Source: Vicugna vicugna (Eukaryota). From it: a stretch of DNA of 64,000 nucleotides. The notes beneath the pieces were generated by a model. It ran no database searches and was not told the origin of the DNA. It worked only from the letters and a program-made list of their open reading frames with translations. The stretch covers positions 186,001 to 250,000 of the forward strand of contig MU062626.1 of NCBI GenBank assembly GCA_013265495.1, given 5' to 3'. Below, in pieces: positions 37,387-50,200 of the stretch (positions are counted from its first letter, which is position 1; each line of letters starts with the position of its first letter). The position numbers and the translations under genes were made by a program.

Positions 37387-37936
37387 TGTATTGCAGGAGA
37401 ATGGGGTGGGGGGGTGCAAGAGGGTGGTCATGTCCGAAGTATCGGGCAAGTCCATGGGATGGGCTGCCAAGTGAGGGTCCTTGGTTTCGTGCAGGAAAGA
37501 ATTCAAGATTGAGCCATAGTAAAGTGAAAGCAAGTTTATTTAGAGAGATACACATTCCACAGAGAGAATACAGTCCATCTCAGAGAGAAGAGTGGCCCTG
37601 GGGTGCAGGGTCATTAGTTTTTATGGGCTGAGTAACTTCATATGTCAACAAGTGGGAAGATTATTCCAACTGTTTTGGGAAAGGGGCAAGGATTTCCAGG
37701 AATTGAGCCAGCACCCACTTTTTGGCCTTTTATGGTCAGCCTCAGAACTGTCATGATGCCTGTGGCGTTTGGCATGCTAATGTATTACAGTGAGCGTATA
37801 ATGAGGCTCGGGGTCTGCTGGAAGTTGACTCTTCCACCATCCTGGGCCTAGTTGGTTCTAACCAGTTTTTGTCATATCCTCAATGGCCGTGTCATTCTTT
37901 TGATAGTTGTGCCCTACCCCTTTCCCTCTTGTCTCA
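37387..37936 (-). mobile_element. ERV1-like solo LTR
   Basis: Sense starts TGAGACAAGAGGGAAAGGGG; contains AATAAA-like aaataaacttgctttcacttt and U5-like ggaccctcacttggcagcccatcc; TSD not clean. Confidence 0.7.
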
Positions 37937-39644
37937 TAGAGAGGCCATTATTACTAATTTAAGATGTGTAAAAATGTCATTGTTGACTGCAGTATGCTGG
38001 CTGTATAGTTTATGTTAGTAAATATAAAAATATTTGTCGAAGATTCCCTCAACACTACTTTTCTCATAAGGTTACTGTTACAGCTGGGCCTTCTCCCACC
38101 AGGAAGATTCTTCAGGGACCCAACCATTTAGATTTGGGAGGGATTCTGCTATTGGCGCCTATATATAAGAGCAGAAGCATTAAATCCATCATCATACATA
38201 TGATAGAGTAAGTCTAATGGGACAGTAGGAAAGATTTGTGCTTCAATTATTAATATGTTAGCACTATCAATACATTTAACAAAATTCATTCCCCTTCAAT
38301 AAAAGACAACCATTAACCTCTTCTAAACTGAGTGTATCAACTCGGGTAATCTACGCAGACTCACTCCGTGGTTGCATAATATTGGAACTTCAAGTGTCCT
38401 CCTATTCAATGCTTCCCCTCTCCAGCTATGGAAACATTTGGTTTTCTTGTCTAATGAAAAGGAGAAAAAACAGAATGTTTTCTTTCTTCATCTTCTTCTG
38501 TAATCCTTCCTGAAAATGGCCTTTACGTCAGAAAGCATCACTTACTTGGCTGTAGACAGTCACCAAGACTTCAGTTTTTGAAGTTGTAATGGGCATCAAA
38601 TACCAGTGGGGCCCATTAAAATCTGTAAGCTTCCTTGTAAAACCGTCTAGAATTCTCTTTGGATATAAGATTTTACTGTTTCAGGAGTGTATGTGAGTTT
38701 TGTAAACTTTTATTCTAGTTAAAATTTAAAAGGGAGCTACTTATAATGTCTTTAGCATTAACTTGAGCTATAGGAGGCCTATAAAGCCATCACTGAGATG
38801 CTATTAAAACTATATGAATAATAAAACAGCTACGAGAAGAAAAGCTTTAAAAGAGTACCTTGGCCTTGGTAGCCCCCTCCTCACCCCCTTGTAGAAGGGC
38901 TTCTGGGGTCCTCTGGGAGTGGTTTGGCTGTATGTCCTGGGGAGTTCATTGTTATTTGGGAATCAGGGAAACTGTACCTCCATTTTTTTTTCTCATTAGG
39001 AGTAAAGGCTGTGGGACATCTTCTGGGTGGTAAATGGCAACAAACCATAATGCAATAATATTCCTAGGAAATCACCTCAGGCTGCTTTGTTTATATAAGA
39101 TATTTATGAGGGTGCAAGTTTTATGAAGTTGTTTTATTGGTAAAAGTCAAAGGCACTGAGAGCCCAGCGCCATGTGGGATATGATGGAGCAACTCTGGAA
39201 TTCTGCAGCAAGCAATTCTGGATTTGAATCTAGGTTATGCTCTTTAGGCAAATTGCTCAAGTTCACTGGGTCTTAGTTCCTCCTTTTGTAAAATGGGACC
39301 AATAACATTACCTATAATGAAGTTACTGAGAGAATCCTGGAGATAACACATAAAAGGTACAGAACACATTGCTGGTAATATAGCTATTGTTTAATTAAGT
39401 AATTCTCTTACCCCGTCTGCCATTTTGAGGTGACTAGTGATTTAACATGTCTGTATTTACTTGGTGTCACCACCTGGTAAACATCTCTTTTTACAGCTAT
39501 GAAATGGAGTTGATGTTTGCGATCACGATGAATAAATGTCCCTCAATGGTGTTAGAAAGTTCAAGAAAGCTGCATTGATCAAGAGTCTCGAGATCCTTAG
39601 AAGAGTTTTACCCAAATAGCTCCTTCTGCCTTCTTTTTTATGCA

Positions 39645-40450
39645 TTATAAACAATTTTGTTGAAAGTTAGTGTATGTTCAGAAAAGCATACAGATTACAA
39701 GCACACAGCACAATAAATGATGACAATGTGAGTACTTCCCGTAATTACTGCTAAGATAGAAGATACACATCTCTACCAGCACCTCGAAAAATCACCTCCT
39801 GACCGCCTCCAATTATTCCCACTTTCTTCTCCCCCAAAATAATCATGATCCTGACTTCTCACACCCATTAATTAGTTTTGCCTGCTTCTGAACCTTACAT
39901 AAATTGAAATATATTATTTTGTGACTGGCTTCTTTCACTCAACATTTGTTTGAGATTCATCTATGAGATTCATCTATGTTGTTGCCTAGAGCAGGGCTTC
40001 ATTCATGTTTCTGCTTTCTATCTCATTATGTGACTATACCACCATTATTTACACATCGACTGTTGTTGGATACTTTGGTAGTTTCTAGTTTTGCCTACTC
40101 GAAATAGTGCTGCTATGACCACTTCAGTGTGTTTCTTTTGGCGAACGTACACATACATTTCTGTTGGGAATATATCTTGGAGTGGAATTGCTGACTCACT
40201 GAGTAGTCACATGTTCAGTTTTAGTGGACTGTGAAACAGTTCCAAAGTGGTTTCACCATATGATGTACCACAATGGTACTCCTGCAAGTGATGTATGAGA
40301 GTTCCAGTTGCAATACACATATATGTGCCACATTTGGTGCAGTCAATCTGTTTGATTTTAACTACCCTGATAGGTTGGATGGTGGTATCTTACTGTGATT
40401 TTCATTTGCAGTTACCTGATGATTAATAGCCTTGAATGCTTTTAAATGTA
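39645..40450 (-). mobile_element. Old L1 (L1MB/MC/ME-like) 3' fragment
   Basis: gttttgcctgcttctgaaccttacataaattgaaat...ggcttctttcactcaacat...ggagtggaattgctgactca; includes a 13-bp tandem duplication TGAGATTCATCTA at 39951-39976. Confidence 0.75.
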
Positions 40451-41984
40451 TCTATTTTCTCTTTCTCTTTCCTACTTCTCTCCCTTCTTCCCCATCTCCT
40501 TCCCTCCTACACTCATGGCCACCCGTATTTTGGGTTTTGCGCTACTGCTCTGTAAATCTGTGTACTAGCCTGAACTTAGGCTATTCATTAAGATCAAAAA
40601 GAAATGATCAGAGAGGGCGGTTCAGCACTGGCGGGAAAGCACATATCTGGCTTCTACTCTCAGGTCCTCTGTCTGTCCTTGGGACCTGGGTTGTTGTTGC
40701 ATTATGTCTTGGGTCTCTCTCTCTTTTCTTTGGTTGGTAAAATTAAGATACTTTAAATGATTAACAGTGACACTTTCATCTCTGGCATTTCGTGATTGCA
40801 CATATTTTGGCAGAATGTTTACCACGTTTCTTCACTGCCTTTTGAAATTCTACCCTAAAGTGATTGGAATAGTGATTGTTAAAAACGGGTCCAAGATCAT
40901 GGCAGTGTGGGTGTAATTTGTCCCTTAATCTTACTGACCAAGGGACCTGGGGGAAATAGGAGCTGGCAGTACTGAGGGACTCATGGTTTTTAGGAAAATG
41001 GAGAAATCTTTCAGTGGCAACACAAATTTGAAGCCATATGGGCCAAAGTAAGAACTGGAAGTCCCTGAAGGTGGTCATAGTTCAAATCTTTCTTGAGAAT
41101 CATAATTATACTTATTCAAGATGTATGAAGATTTTGAATTGCCTGTTTGGCTCCACCTCTTCCTTGCCTCCCCTACTTCTGTTTGTTCATAGCAGGACTG
41201 GAGACTCTCAGCAGAACATGCCACCTAGAGCTGCCTGTTATCCAGCAGAGAACTAAGGAATCAGTGATGGGTTGGGGGGTCACTGGGTGGGTTCACAGGC
41301 TTGCCCCTCCTCCAGGCACCCCTACTATGATTCTTCCACCAAGAGGAGCCACCAGGGCATGTAGACTGAATTATTCACTTTCCAACAGAGCAGATTTACT
41401 CAGATGAGTCTTTAAAAAAAAATACACAAGCTTTGTGGTTTTTGGTTTTGTTGCTTACACATATTTTATACCAACTTTCTAAGACCATAGGTAAATGCTA
41501 ACAGCACCATTATTCCATGCAATCAGTTTTAAAGATGTGTATAAACAGACTGTACATCTATAGTGATTAATTTAACCAGTTCCCTGTGTAGACATTTAAA
41601 TTGTTTAGTTTTCTTGTATGAGAAACTATAAACATCCCTTTAGCTAATTCTGTTATGTATGAGTCTAATTAAAATTTTTTTTATTATAAAAAATTTCAAG
41701 CATATACAAAAGTGGAAGGAGCCATGTAATGAATCCCCCATGAATCCATCAATTAGTGTCAAGAATTATCAATACACAGCCGATCTCACCTTATCTATAT
41801 TATTCTGTTTTCCCCTCTCCAGTTTTTGGAAGCAAATCTCAGACATCATATCATCTTATCCTTAGATAATTCAGTGTGTACTTCAAAATGATAAGAATTC
41901 TTTATAAAAATTGTGGTTGTCTCTCATGTTTGCAGTGCTCATACGTGTACTGTAGGAAAAATTGGGGAGACTAGAGAAGTATAT

Positions 41985-42545
41985 TATATGAGCTTTCTAT
42001 TGGTGTGTAGCAACTTACCACAAACTTAGTAAGTTAAAACAACGTGCATGTGTTATGTCACCATTTCCAGGGGTTGAGTCCGGGCATGTCTTAGCTGCGT
42101 CCTCTGCTTCAGGGTCTCATCAGGCTGTAATCAAGATGGCTGGGGCTGTGGTCTTCCTTCATGCTCAAGGCTCTCTTTTAAGCCCATCTGGTTGTTGGGA
42201 GTATTCAGTTCCTTGTGGCTGCAGGACTGAGGCCCTCAGCTCCCAGAGGCCACCCACAGCTCCCTGCCACATGGCCCTCTCTGAAAGTGCTCTCACAGCA
42301 TGCGACCTGCTTCTTTAAGCCAGCAAGGGAGAGAAGTCTCTAACGGTAGTAAGGGCCCAGCCCTCCTTTTTAAGACTTTTACCTGATTAAGTCAGGCCCA
42401 TCCAAGATAATCTTTCTTTTGATGGAATAAAAATCAATTGATTTGGTCAAATCCCTTCACTTTGGCCATAATCCATTAGCTAGAAGCAAGTCACGGGTCC
42501 TGCCTGTACTGAAGGGGTGGAAACTATATAAAGGCATGAACAATA
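41985..42545 (-). mobile_element. MLT1 (MLT1F/G-like) LTR
   Basis: agcaacttaccacaaacttagtaagttaaaacaac...ttcagttccttgtggctgcaggactgagg...tagaagcaagtcacgggtcctgcc. Confidence 0.8.
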
Positions 42546-42594
42546 ACAAAGAAGAAAGTAAGACCCGGTATTCTATCCTATTGCTAATTCACAG

Positions 42595-42779
42595 CAGGAG
42601 TTGGCAAACTTTTTCTGTAAAGGGTCAGATGGTAAATAGACTTTAAAGCAAATGGCCTTCAGGAAAGTTGCCGCAGACAGTATGTAAGTGAATGGGTGTG
42701 GCTGTGTTCCACTAATGCTATTTACAAAAACAAGTGTCAAGTCACATTTGGTCAGTTGACTGGTGTCTGCCGACACCTG
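42595..42779 (+). mobile_element. MER58A (internally deleted)
   Basis: caggagttggcaaactttttctgtaaagggtcagatggtaaata...gtgtggctgtgttcc...tgccgacacctg. Confidence 0.8.
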
Positions 42780-42814
42780 ACATTCTGATACACTTTCCTC
42801 TTTTTAAAAATATG

Positions 42815-42848
42815 CACACACACACACACAGACACACACACACACACA
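42815..42848. repeat. (CA)n microsatellite, one interruption
   Basis: Read directly from the sequence. Confidence 0.95.
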
Positions 42849-43319
42849 GTGTCACTGTGCTATGATACTGTTGAATAATCTGCTGAGTTGGGATCATGTC
42901 TTATGGGCACTATAAAAAATAATGGTCTGAAAATCTGTTCATGTATCTCTTGTAAAGTCACCTTGAGGACATTACTCTTTACATGTCTCAATAATTCCCT
43001 CCATGAAACTCCATGTGAAGGATTTTCTTTGGAATTTAGTGGCAACAGAAGTTTTGCTTCTCCTGACCGAGTTTTTTTTTTCTATTACAAAAATCATACA
43101 ATTTGCTATATTTCCCTTTTTGTTTTGGCTTCCAGGAAGCTCAGAGTCAAACTTGAAACCCAATTATTAAAACCCTAAAGACCTGAAAGATTGCATACTG
43201 GGCTTATCTGCCCAGGCATTGATAATTTACCCTTATTTTAATTTTCTGTGTTTTTCTGTTTTACGATTATTTCATCATGTAAGCTTCTTTGTAAAATAAC
43301 ATTGAATTGAAAATACGAA

Positions 43320-43790
43320 TTTCTCATCCTTGGATTCAAAGGAACTACTGAGTTTATATTAATAATAGCTCCAAATTAGAAACAGCCCAAATATCCATCA
43401 AGAGGAGAGTTAATAAATTGTGGGATCATCATATGATGAAATTTTATGCAACAACAAAAAAGACCAAGCCATTGACACATGCTGCAGCATGCAAGGACTT
43501 CTCAGACATCGTGCTGAGAGGAGGAAGCCAGACACAAAAGAGCACATACTGTGTGATTCCATTTATACCAAGTCCAAGAAGAAGCAATATGATTCAAAGG
43601 TGATGGAGGTCAGAAGGTGATTGCCATGGGCAGGGGCGATTCCCTGGGCAGTGGCAAGAAGAAACCTTATGGGATGCTGGAAATATTCTAGATTTTGGAC
43701 TGAGCTGTCACTGAGTGCCTAGACAGGTAGAAAGTCATCGAGGGGTAGGTTTGGGATTAGTGTACTTCATTCACTTCACTGTGTGTGTAT
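43320..43790 (+). mobile_element. Old L1M 3' end
   Basis: aatagctccaaattagaaacagcccaaatatccatcaa...gaagccagacacaaaagagcacatactgtgtgattccattta. Confidence 0.8.
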
Positions 43791-44178
43791 CCAAACTCCC
43801 TCCAACCGAGAACTGCTAATAATATAGCTTCTCACTTATTTCTCTTCCATGTTTATGCCCAGATGTCTGTTGGAAAACAGCTTCAAAGTTGATGACTTCA
43901 GAAGTCCATAACTTTTTTATTTTTAAAAGTTCATAGGTTAGCAGAAATTGTGTGCTTTTATTACATCATCTGTCTTAAATGCATAGCTAAAAAATAGGTA
44001 AAGATAGCTTCTCAGCCATGAAGGCAAGTCACTGTCTGTGAATGTACAGTTGGTCCTCCCCATAAAGTGGCTGAGAGGGTGGATGGAGGCTGGAATCCGG
44101 CCTTGAAGCTGTTTGCCAAGGTCAGTACCTGAGGGCAGGGTCTGCCTACATTGCCTTGCCCCATTTTGCAAAAAAAAA

Positions 44179-44474
44179 TTTTTATTGAGGTGTAGTTGAT
44201 TTATAATGTTATTTCCAGGTGTACAGCAAAGTGATTCAGTTATACATATACCTTCACATGTATATATTCAGATTCTTGTCCATTTATGTTATTACAAGAA
44301 AGTGAATGTAGTTCCCTGTGCTACACAGTAAGTCCTTGTTGTTTATCTATTTTATATAGAGTAATATGTGTCTGTTAATACCCAACCCCTAATTTATCCC
44401 TCTCGGCCCTTCCCCCTTTGGTAACCATAGTTTGTTTTCTGTGTCTGTGAGTCTGCTTTTAGTTTGTAAATAGA

Positions 44475-44507
<33 letters not shown>

Positions 44508-44620
44508 AGTTTCCACCTATAAGTGATACCACGTGATACTTGTCTTGGTCTGAATTATTTCACTCAATATGATAATCTCTGGGTCTATCCATGTTGCTGC
44601 AAATAGTGGCCCCTTTTCTA
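44179..44620 (-). mobile_element. Cetartiodactyl-type 5'-truncated L1
   Basis: tttttattgaggtgtagttgatttataatg...gttccctgtgctacacagta...tttggtaaccatagtttgttttct; paralogous to 53160-53475 and 60044-60322; internal long T run near 44484-44507. Confidence 0.85.
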
Positions 44621-46744
44621 ATTTGTACAAATATAATTTTTCTAATTTGCACTTGGCACTGGTCAGTTGCAGCTCTACACAAAGATAATTCTTATGGTGT
44701 AATGTTAGTTTTTAGGATTGAACGTGTATTTGATGATCTTGAGAATAAAAGCCCATTTCTGCCTGGGTCTTTGCAACCTAAGGAATGTTTTATAAAATAG
44801 AATGGGAAGAATCGATATCAATTCCCTCTCCTTACTTTTCACGTGTACCTTCTACTTAAGGATGTTAAGAATACAACCTCTAGTTGGCTTAATGGGACAG
44901 AGCCATATAGAGTTTGAGGCTTTGAGGGAGAATGAGTTTTTGCTGACTTAAGAGACCCATACTTTTAGCCAATCTTAGAAAGATCAAACTCATCTTGACT
45001 TTTAAAGAGGTCAGCGTGGCCACTAGTTAGAGAAAAACATGTGAGCAGAAGATGGCAAGGAGCATCTAATCACATTTACCCCAGCTGAAACACCAATGTC
45101 CAGGAAAGAACTCAACAACAAAAACCAAAAGCAGATTGAGATCTAAAAAGACACTTAGCATTTTTAAATGCTAAGATATACATTTCAGGTTACATAATCA
45201 ACCACGCATATAGATACCATCAAGACTCTTCCCCAGCTAAACTAAAGCAAAATGATAATGAAACATTAATAGATACAGAACAGATGCTCAAGTAGTTATA
45301 ATGTAACTTTTCTCATTTGATATGAGATAAACTAAAATTATACGTGTGAAGTTTCCTCCATCACAGTAAAAGAAATAGTAATAGTGAAAAACATCCCAAA
45401 CTACACATGTCAGTAAGTCCAATTAATGACTGCTCGTATGACTTCAGTGTTTGGTTAAAAAAAACTCTGATACCTATTTTGGACACTTTGGGTATATTTA
45501 GGTAAAATCTGCATTTAAACCTGTATATAATTTTCTAGACGAATCACTGTTATTGCTTGTGATTCGAGGAAGCTGAGTTTGTAGCGCTGTTACCTCAGCC
45601 CTTTGGGAATAAAGGAGAAAGAAATTCTCTGCTAAAAATTCCAATTGTTAGGATGACTTCCTTCTCCAAAACAATCTGAACGTGCTTCCACTTACTGAGA
45701 AACTATTCGCTTTTCGCTTCTTGAACACCCCCACGGGTTTGCTGAGGAACTCGTTCAAGTTTCTTTCGGTTGAAAGTAACAGAGACCCACTTCAAATCAA
45801 TGTCAGCAGAAGAAGGGATGTACTGACTGGAACTGGCTCCCAGTTCCAGGTTTCAGGGAGAGACGCAGCTTGGGCCAGATGTCCAGCCCTGAGCCCATCA
45901 GCTGTGGCTGAGCAGCAGAGTGACACAGCCCTGACGTGGTCATGGAGTCCACTCGTGGGAGGGATAATTCTTAGGGCAGAGACAGGCTGGTGCGGGGAAG
46001 ATATCCTCAGACTTGTTCACTCTAGTTGTCAAGAGTTGTCCATGCACTGAAGTCACCCTCCCCACTCACAGCAAGTATAAAGCCGGCCAGTGTCTCTGCT
46101 GGTCTAGTGCTCCTTGAAGTGACACTGGGCACAGCTCCTGATGGTGCTGGGGCTTCCAGATTTCCTCTCTGTTTCTTCACTGCGGGAACTCCAGGCTCAG
46201 GCTCAGGCATGGTGAGATCATTGGGCAGGAAGTCTCTGGGCCACTGGGTAGCCAGTCCCTGGCTGAAACCCCTTGTGATTTTTGAAAGCATTTGTTTTTC
46301 ATTGCCTATGTGGCTATCTTTATCTGAAAATAACTTTCCTTCCTTAAACTTTAAATCTTGCAAAGAGTGGTGAGATTTTGTGTTTATATCTGAATTCAAT
46401 CTTCTTTGTGGGCTGGGAATTTTTAAAAAATGTTTTAAATTGAATGGGGGAAAAACAGGGGGTGTTGAAAGCAGCCTCAGTGTGTTTAGACTGGCGGGCT
46501 TGGTGCTTCTGGGAATTCTAAGCTCACACTTTTCATTTCTAAGAAAACTTGATCCTTGACAGTGACGTGGATGAGGGCTCCTTCCCCCTCCCCCCAAAAT
46601 ATCCATGATTTTGGTTTATTTTGTTGAACTCATAAAAGAACTCCTAGGACAAGACTGCTTTGATGTGTAGCATCTAGAGGGTTTCTAAACTCTTGATTTC
46701 TACTTTCAGGGCTTAAAAAGGACTTTGGATTTTGACAGCACAAA

Positions 46745-46920
46745 CCCTCTGGTAGTGGCCTACCCTGACTCTGGGCTTAGTGACAGAATTTTAGCCAATG
46801 GGACAAAACAGATGACACAAGCAGAGGCTTGAAGAAGCACTTGTGTACTTCTTTTTCCTTTCTCAGACCCTGTTAAATGTTGAGGGTAGTTTGTTACACA
46901 GCAATAGCTAACTGATGTAG
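46745..46920 (+). mobile_element. MLT1 LTR fragment
   Basis: ttttagccaatggga...gcagaggcttgaag...gtttgttacacagcaatagctaactgat. Confidence 0.65.
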
Positions 46921-47169
46921 CTAACAGATGTTTTTATGTAAGTGAAATCAAGTTCAAATGATCATTCATTAAGAGCATCCAAAAGGCTGAGCTATGGGAG
47001 GGACATGTGAGAAGTGGAGGGGGTAAAAACCCTTCCCCTGGTGTTGTTTTGGTCTCAAGGATATTGGGTATTGATATGATGATGGATTTATATGTGTATA
47101 AATCTCAGAGGAATTTTTTTTTAATGTTTGAAATAAACTCTTGGTCCCTTATCTTTGTCACTTCCTTAG

Positions 47170-47295
47170 GTCCCTGGGAATTGGGAGACCTGGAAGAGAT
47201 TAGTATATATTTCTCCGGCAATGACATAATCTGTGAGATCCTGGAGCAAGATTCTGCTGTTGGAAGGGATTTCCTGATGAGAGTGAGGGAGCACA
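47170..47295 (+). CDS. Candidate internal coding exon (126 nt, phase 1-1), product unidentified
   Basis: Acceptor ctcttggtcccttatctttgtcacttccttAG, donor ACA|GTAAGT; only one frame is open: (G)PWELGDLEEISIYFSGNDIICEILEQDSAVGRDFLMRVREH. I do not recognise the peptide; it could be a non-coding or chance exon. Confidence 0.35.
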
Positions 47296-50200
47296 GTAAG
47301 TTTCCTTGAATCAAAGGTGAATTTTTATTCATTAAAATGTTGAGCTTCTCTTAAGGTGTTTGTGTGGGGTTGACATCACAGGCAAAGGGTTGTTTAATCT
47401 GTTTTGAAAACTTGTCTTGATGTGAAGGGGAGTAATTTTAAAAATTAATGTAACCCATCACCTCATTCTTTTCAGAGTGACCTAATGTTATTTTCTTATT
47501 AAGGGAATTGAATGAACTGTAGCAACACATGTGGATTTGGGAGTGGGGCTGGGGAAGTGTGTGGAGACTTTTGCTGAACATTTTTACCATTTCCTAAATG
47601 AAATGACTGAATCAGTAAGCAATTTTGCTGGGAGAAAAATTGAACCTCTTAGGAGTATCTTGAGAATATCTAAAGAGGATATGAACTTCTTTGAGGGATA
47701 TAAGAAGACTGAATAGAATAAACATCAAAGAACAAACACAAATATAGCTGCGATCATGGTGTTACTATGTAACTAGATGTGCCAAACTATACACCTGGAA
47801 GGAAAATAAATGGAGAAATAAGCTCAGGCGAACATTTATTTTGTTCCTGTGATAGTTTCAATGCCACTTCTTATGTCTTATATGCTGAATGGTACTCCCC
47901 TCAGAGACCTTCTAGTACCTGATTCCCTACTGTTTCCTTTATTTCTTACTGTTGTCTTCGTTTTCATCCAAAACAATATTATTTTCTTAGGTTCAATCCA
48001 AACAAATATAGAATAACCTTGCTGAGTCTGTGGATTTATGTTAAATTAATGAAAGATTGAAGAGCGGTCCATGAATGACACATAATTCCTATCTTCTCTA
48101 GTCGAATTGCAATGTAATTATACATGCATGATTTTCTTAATTTACTGATTAAATTGATCAGGGTGACTTATCCCATTGCAGGAAGCTTTTGACTCTAAAG
48201 TTGATTCCAGAATCTTTTAGCAGCTTTAGAGGTTTAATCTGTTTTCATAATGTAGTTTGTTCATTTTGGCTAAAACAATTTAGTTCTTTTAAAATATATC
48301 AAGTTGAAAAGATAAATACTGAATGATCCTTTTTTTTTGGTATGTTAAATTCTGTATGAGCTATTACTTTCAGCTCAACAGTTTCACAAATATTGAATGG
48401 AGGGCATTGTGCCAGACCCTGCAGGGAGATTTAAGGGCAAATGTCATTTCAGTTTATAGGTATGGTTGAACATGAATAATTTATTTCTCATTTTCGTTTT
48501 TGCTATTTTTAATTATTGTTTTTAATATGTTGTGGAGAATAGATATTACTTGTACGTAGAACAAAATTTGAAAGGTATGAAGGGCAAAGGTGAAAAGTAA
48601 GACAGCTTTTCTCTCCTCATCCACCAGGTACCCAGTTCACTTCCTTGGAGGTGACTTCCCAGTGTAATCTGTGCGTTTAAACATGTGCGTGTGTGCCTGT
48701 GTGTCTTCTTACCTTTGTACGAAATGTATCATACTGTGTATGCTGTTTTTCACCCTGCTTTTTTTCCCCCTTTAACTTAATAATATGTCTTGATAGTCTT
48801 GATGTGTCTGGACACCTAGAGATGCCTCTATCTTTCTAACAACTATAAAATATTTTGTTGCATGACAGTGTTACACTCAAATTAACCACCCTCTCATTGA
48901 CAGCATTTAGGTTGTTTCCAGTCTTGTGTTATTATAGACAAGGCTGCCATGAGCTCCTTTGGAAATACATTGTTTCCCCCTACACGATTTATTTTACATA
49001 TGGTGTAATACAGATTCTATCTTTACTCCCTAAAAATTGCCACAAATAAAGAAAACACTGGAGCAACTCAGAATCTCTCTACACTCTTTTAAAAATTTCA
49101 ACTTCTTAGTCTCACTGGAAATAAAGATTTCATTGAATTATTTTTTTTTTATTTTTGAACTCCTGTGAAAGTTTAGCTCAGGTACTTTGAAATTTTGGAA
49201 GCCCCAAACTGAATCAGAGTGTGGACATCTAACAGCAGCTTTGCCAGACAGTGCTTCTCAAACTATCTGTGGTGAAGGACTGGTTCTTCTTTTTCTTTCT
49301 TTCTTTTATTATTGTTATTTTTACAATTTCCAATCCATCATAGACTGGGACCACTATGTAGCTCCACCACATGTGATCACATGAGGGAGAGGACATTCAA
49401 GCTGGCCTCTACCTTGTTCAGACAAGCAAGCCTGTTGTGTCAATGTTAAAGTTTCTAGCCACTCATTCTTAATTTCTTGTCCCAAACCAGTTACAGTGTA
49501 TGGATGGACATTTTGTAACACTGTTGTAGGACCCAAGATTCAATTCTTCCCGATCATGATCTGTCTCAGCCTCTAGTAGAAAAGCACTGTTGGTGGAAGG
49601 ATCTCTTTGTTTGAATGAACAAAGACAGCAGTGAATAAAAAAAAAAATCAAATTTTGTTTTCAGTGTCTTTAAATGTATTCTTTCCTGGAAACTTCATCC
49701 TCTAAAATTATGTTCAATGGAAAAAGTCACCTTGGCCAAATGTATGTTCATAATGATGATTATTGTCCTCCTAGTCTATCTTTAAACAAACTCAGAATCG
49801 TGACTGATGATGGAAAAATATGTTACCTTAACTGAGTTAAATTGCAAGGAACTCCAAGGAGACTCTACTAATAATGGCTTCTTAAAAAATCTTACAGACT
49901 CCTGTGAGAAGAGGAAAACTCAGGGATTTGCCTTTCTGTTTTTAAAACCATTTTAAAATTAACTTTTTGAAAAAAGAGAATCAAAATATGCATAAGCAAT
50001 GGAGCTCTTTATAAATGTGTGCTAACGCCGTTGCCAGAGAGCTCTCAGGGGTGCTGTCACCACAGCAGTGACCCAGCAGGTCCTGGGTTTCTGTGACAAG
50101 TAAAAAGACTGTGAGGCACTCAAAAGGCTGACTGTGCAGAATGCTGACCACTTGGCAAACTGGATTCCAGACTTGAGGAGGAAAACAAATAACCTTTTCT

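Noticed and set aside
38151-38169. ATTGG followed by TATATAAG as a core promoter
   Set aside because: The spacing of only 4 bp is non-canonical and there is no supporting CpG or initiator context.
40621-40641. REST/RE1-like TTCAGCAC
   Set aside because: The right half-site GGACAG is absent at canonical spacing.
45696-45762. Minus-strand exon NLNEFLSKPVGVFKKRKANSFS with GTAAGT donor
   Set aside because: The acceptor is a weak AAG inside an MLT1 remnant; chance is more likely.
46022-46606. Longest ORF (194 aa, minus strand)
   Set aside because: No recognisable domain, no convincing splice or Kozak context, and adjacent to an MLT1 remnant.
49370-49383. Perfect 14-bp palindrome CATGTGATCACATG
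   Set aside because: About four such palindromes are expected by chance in 64 kb (64000/4^7).
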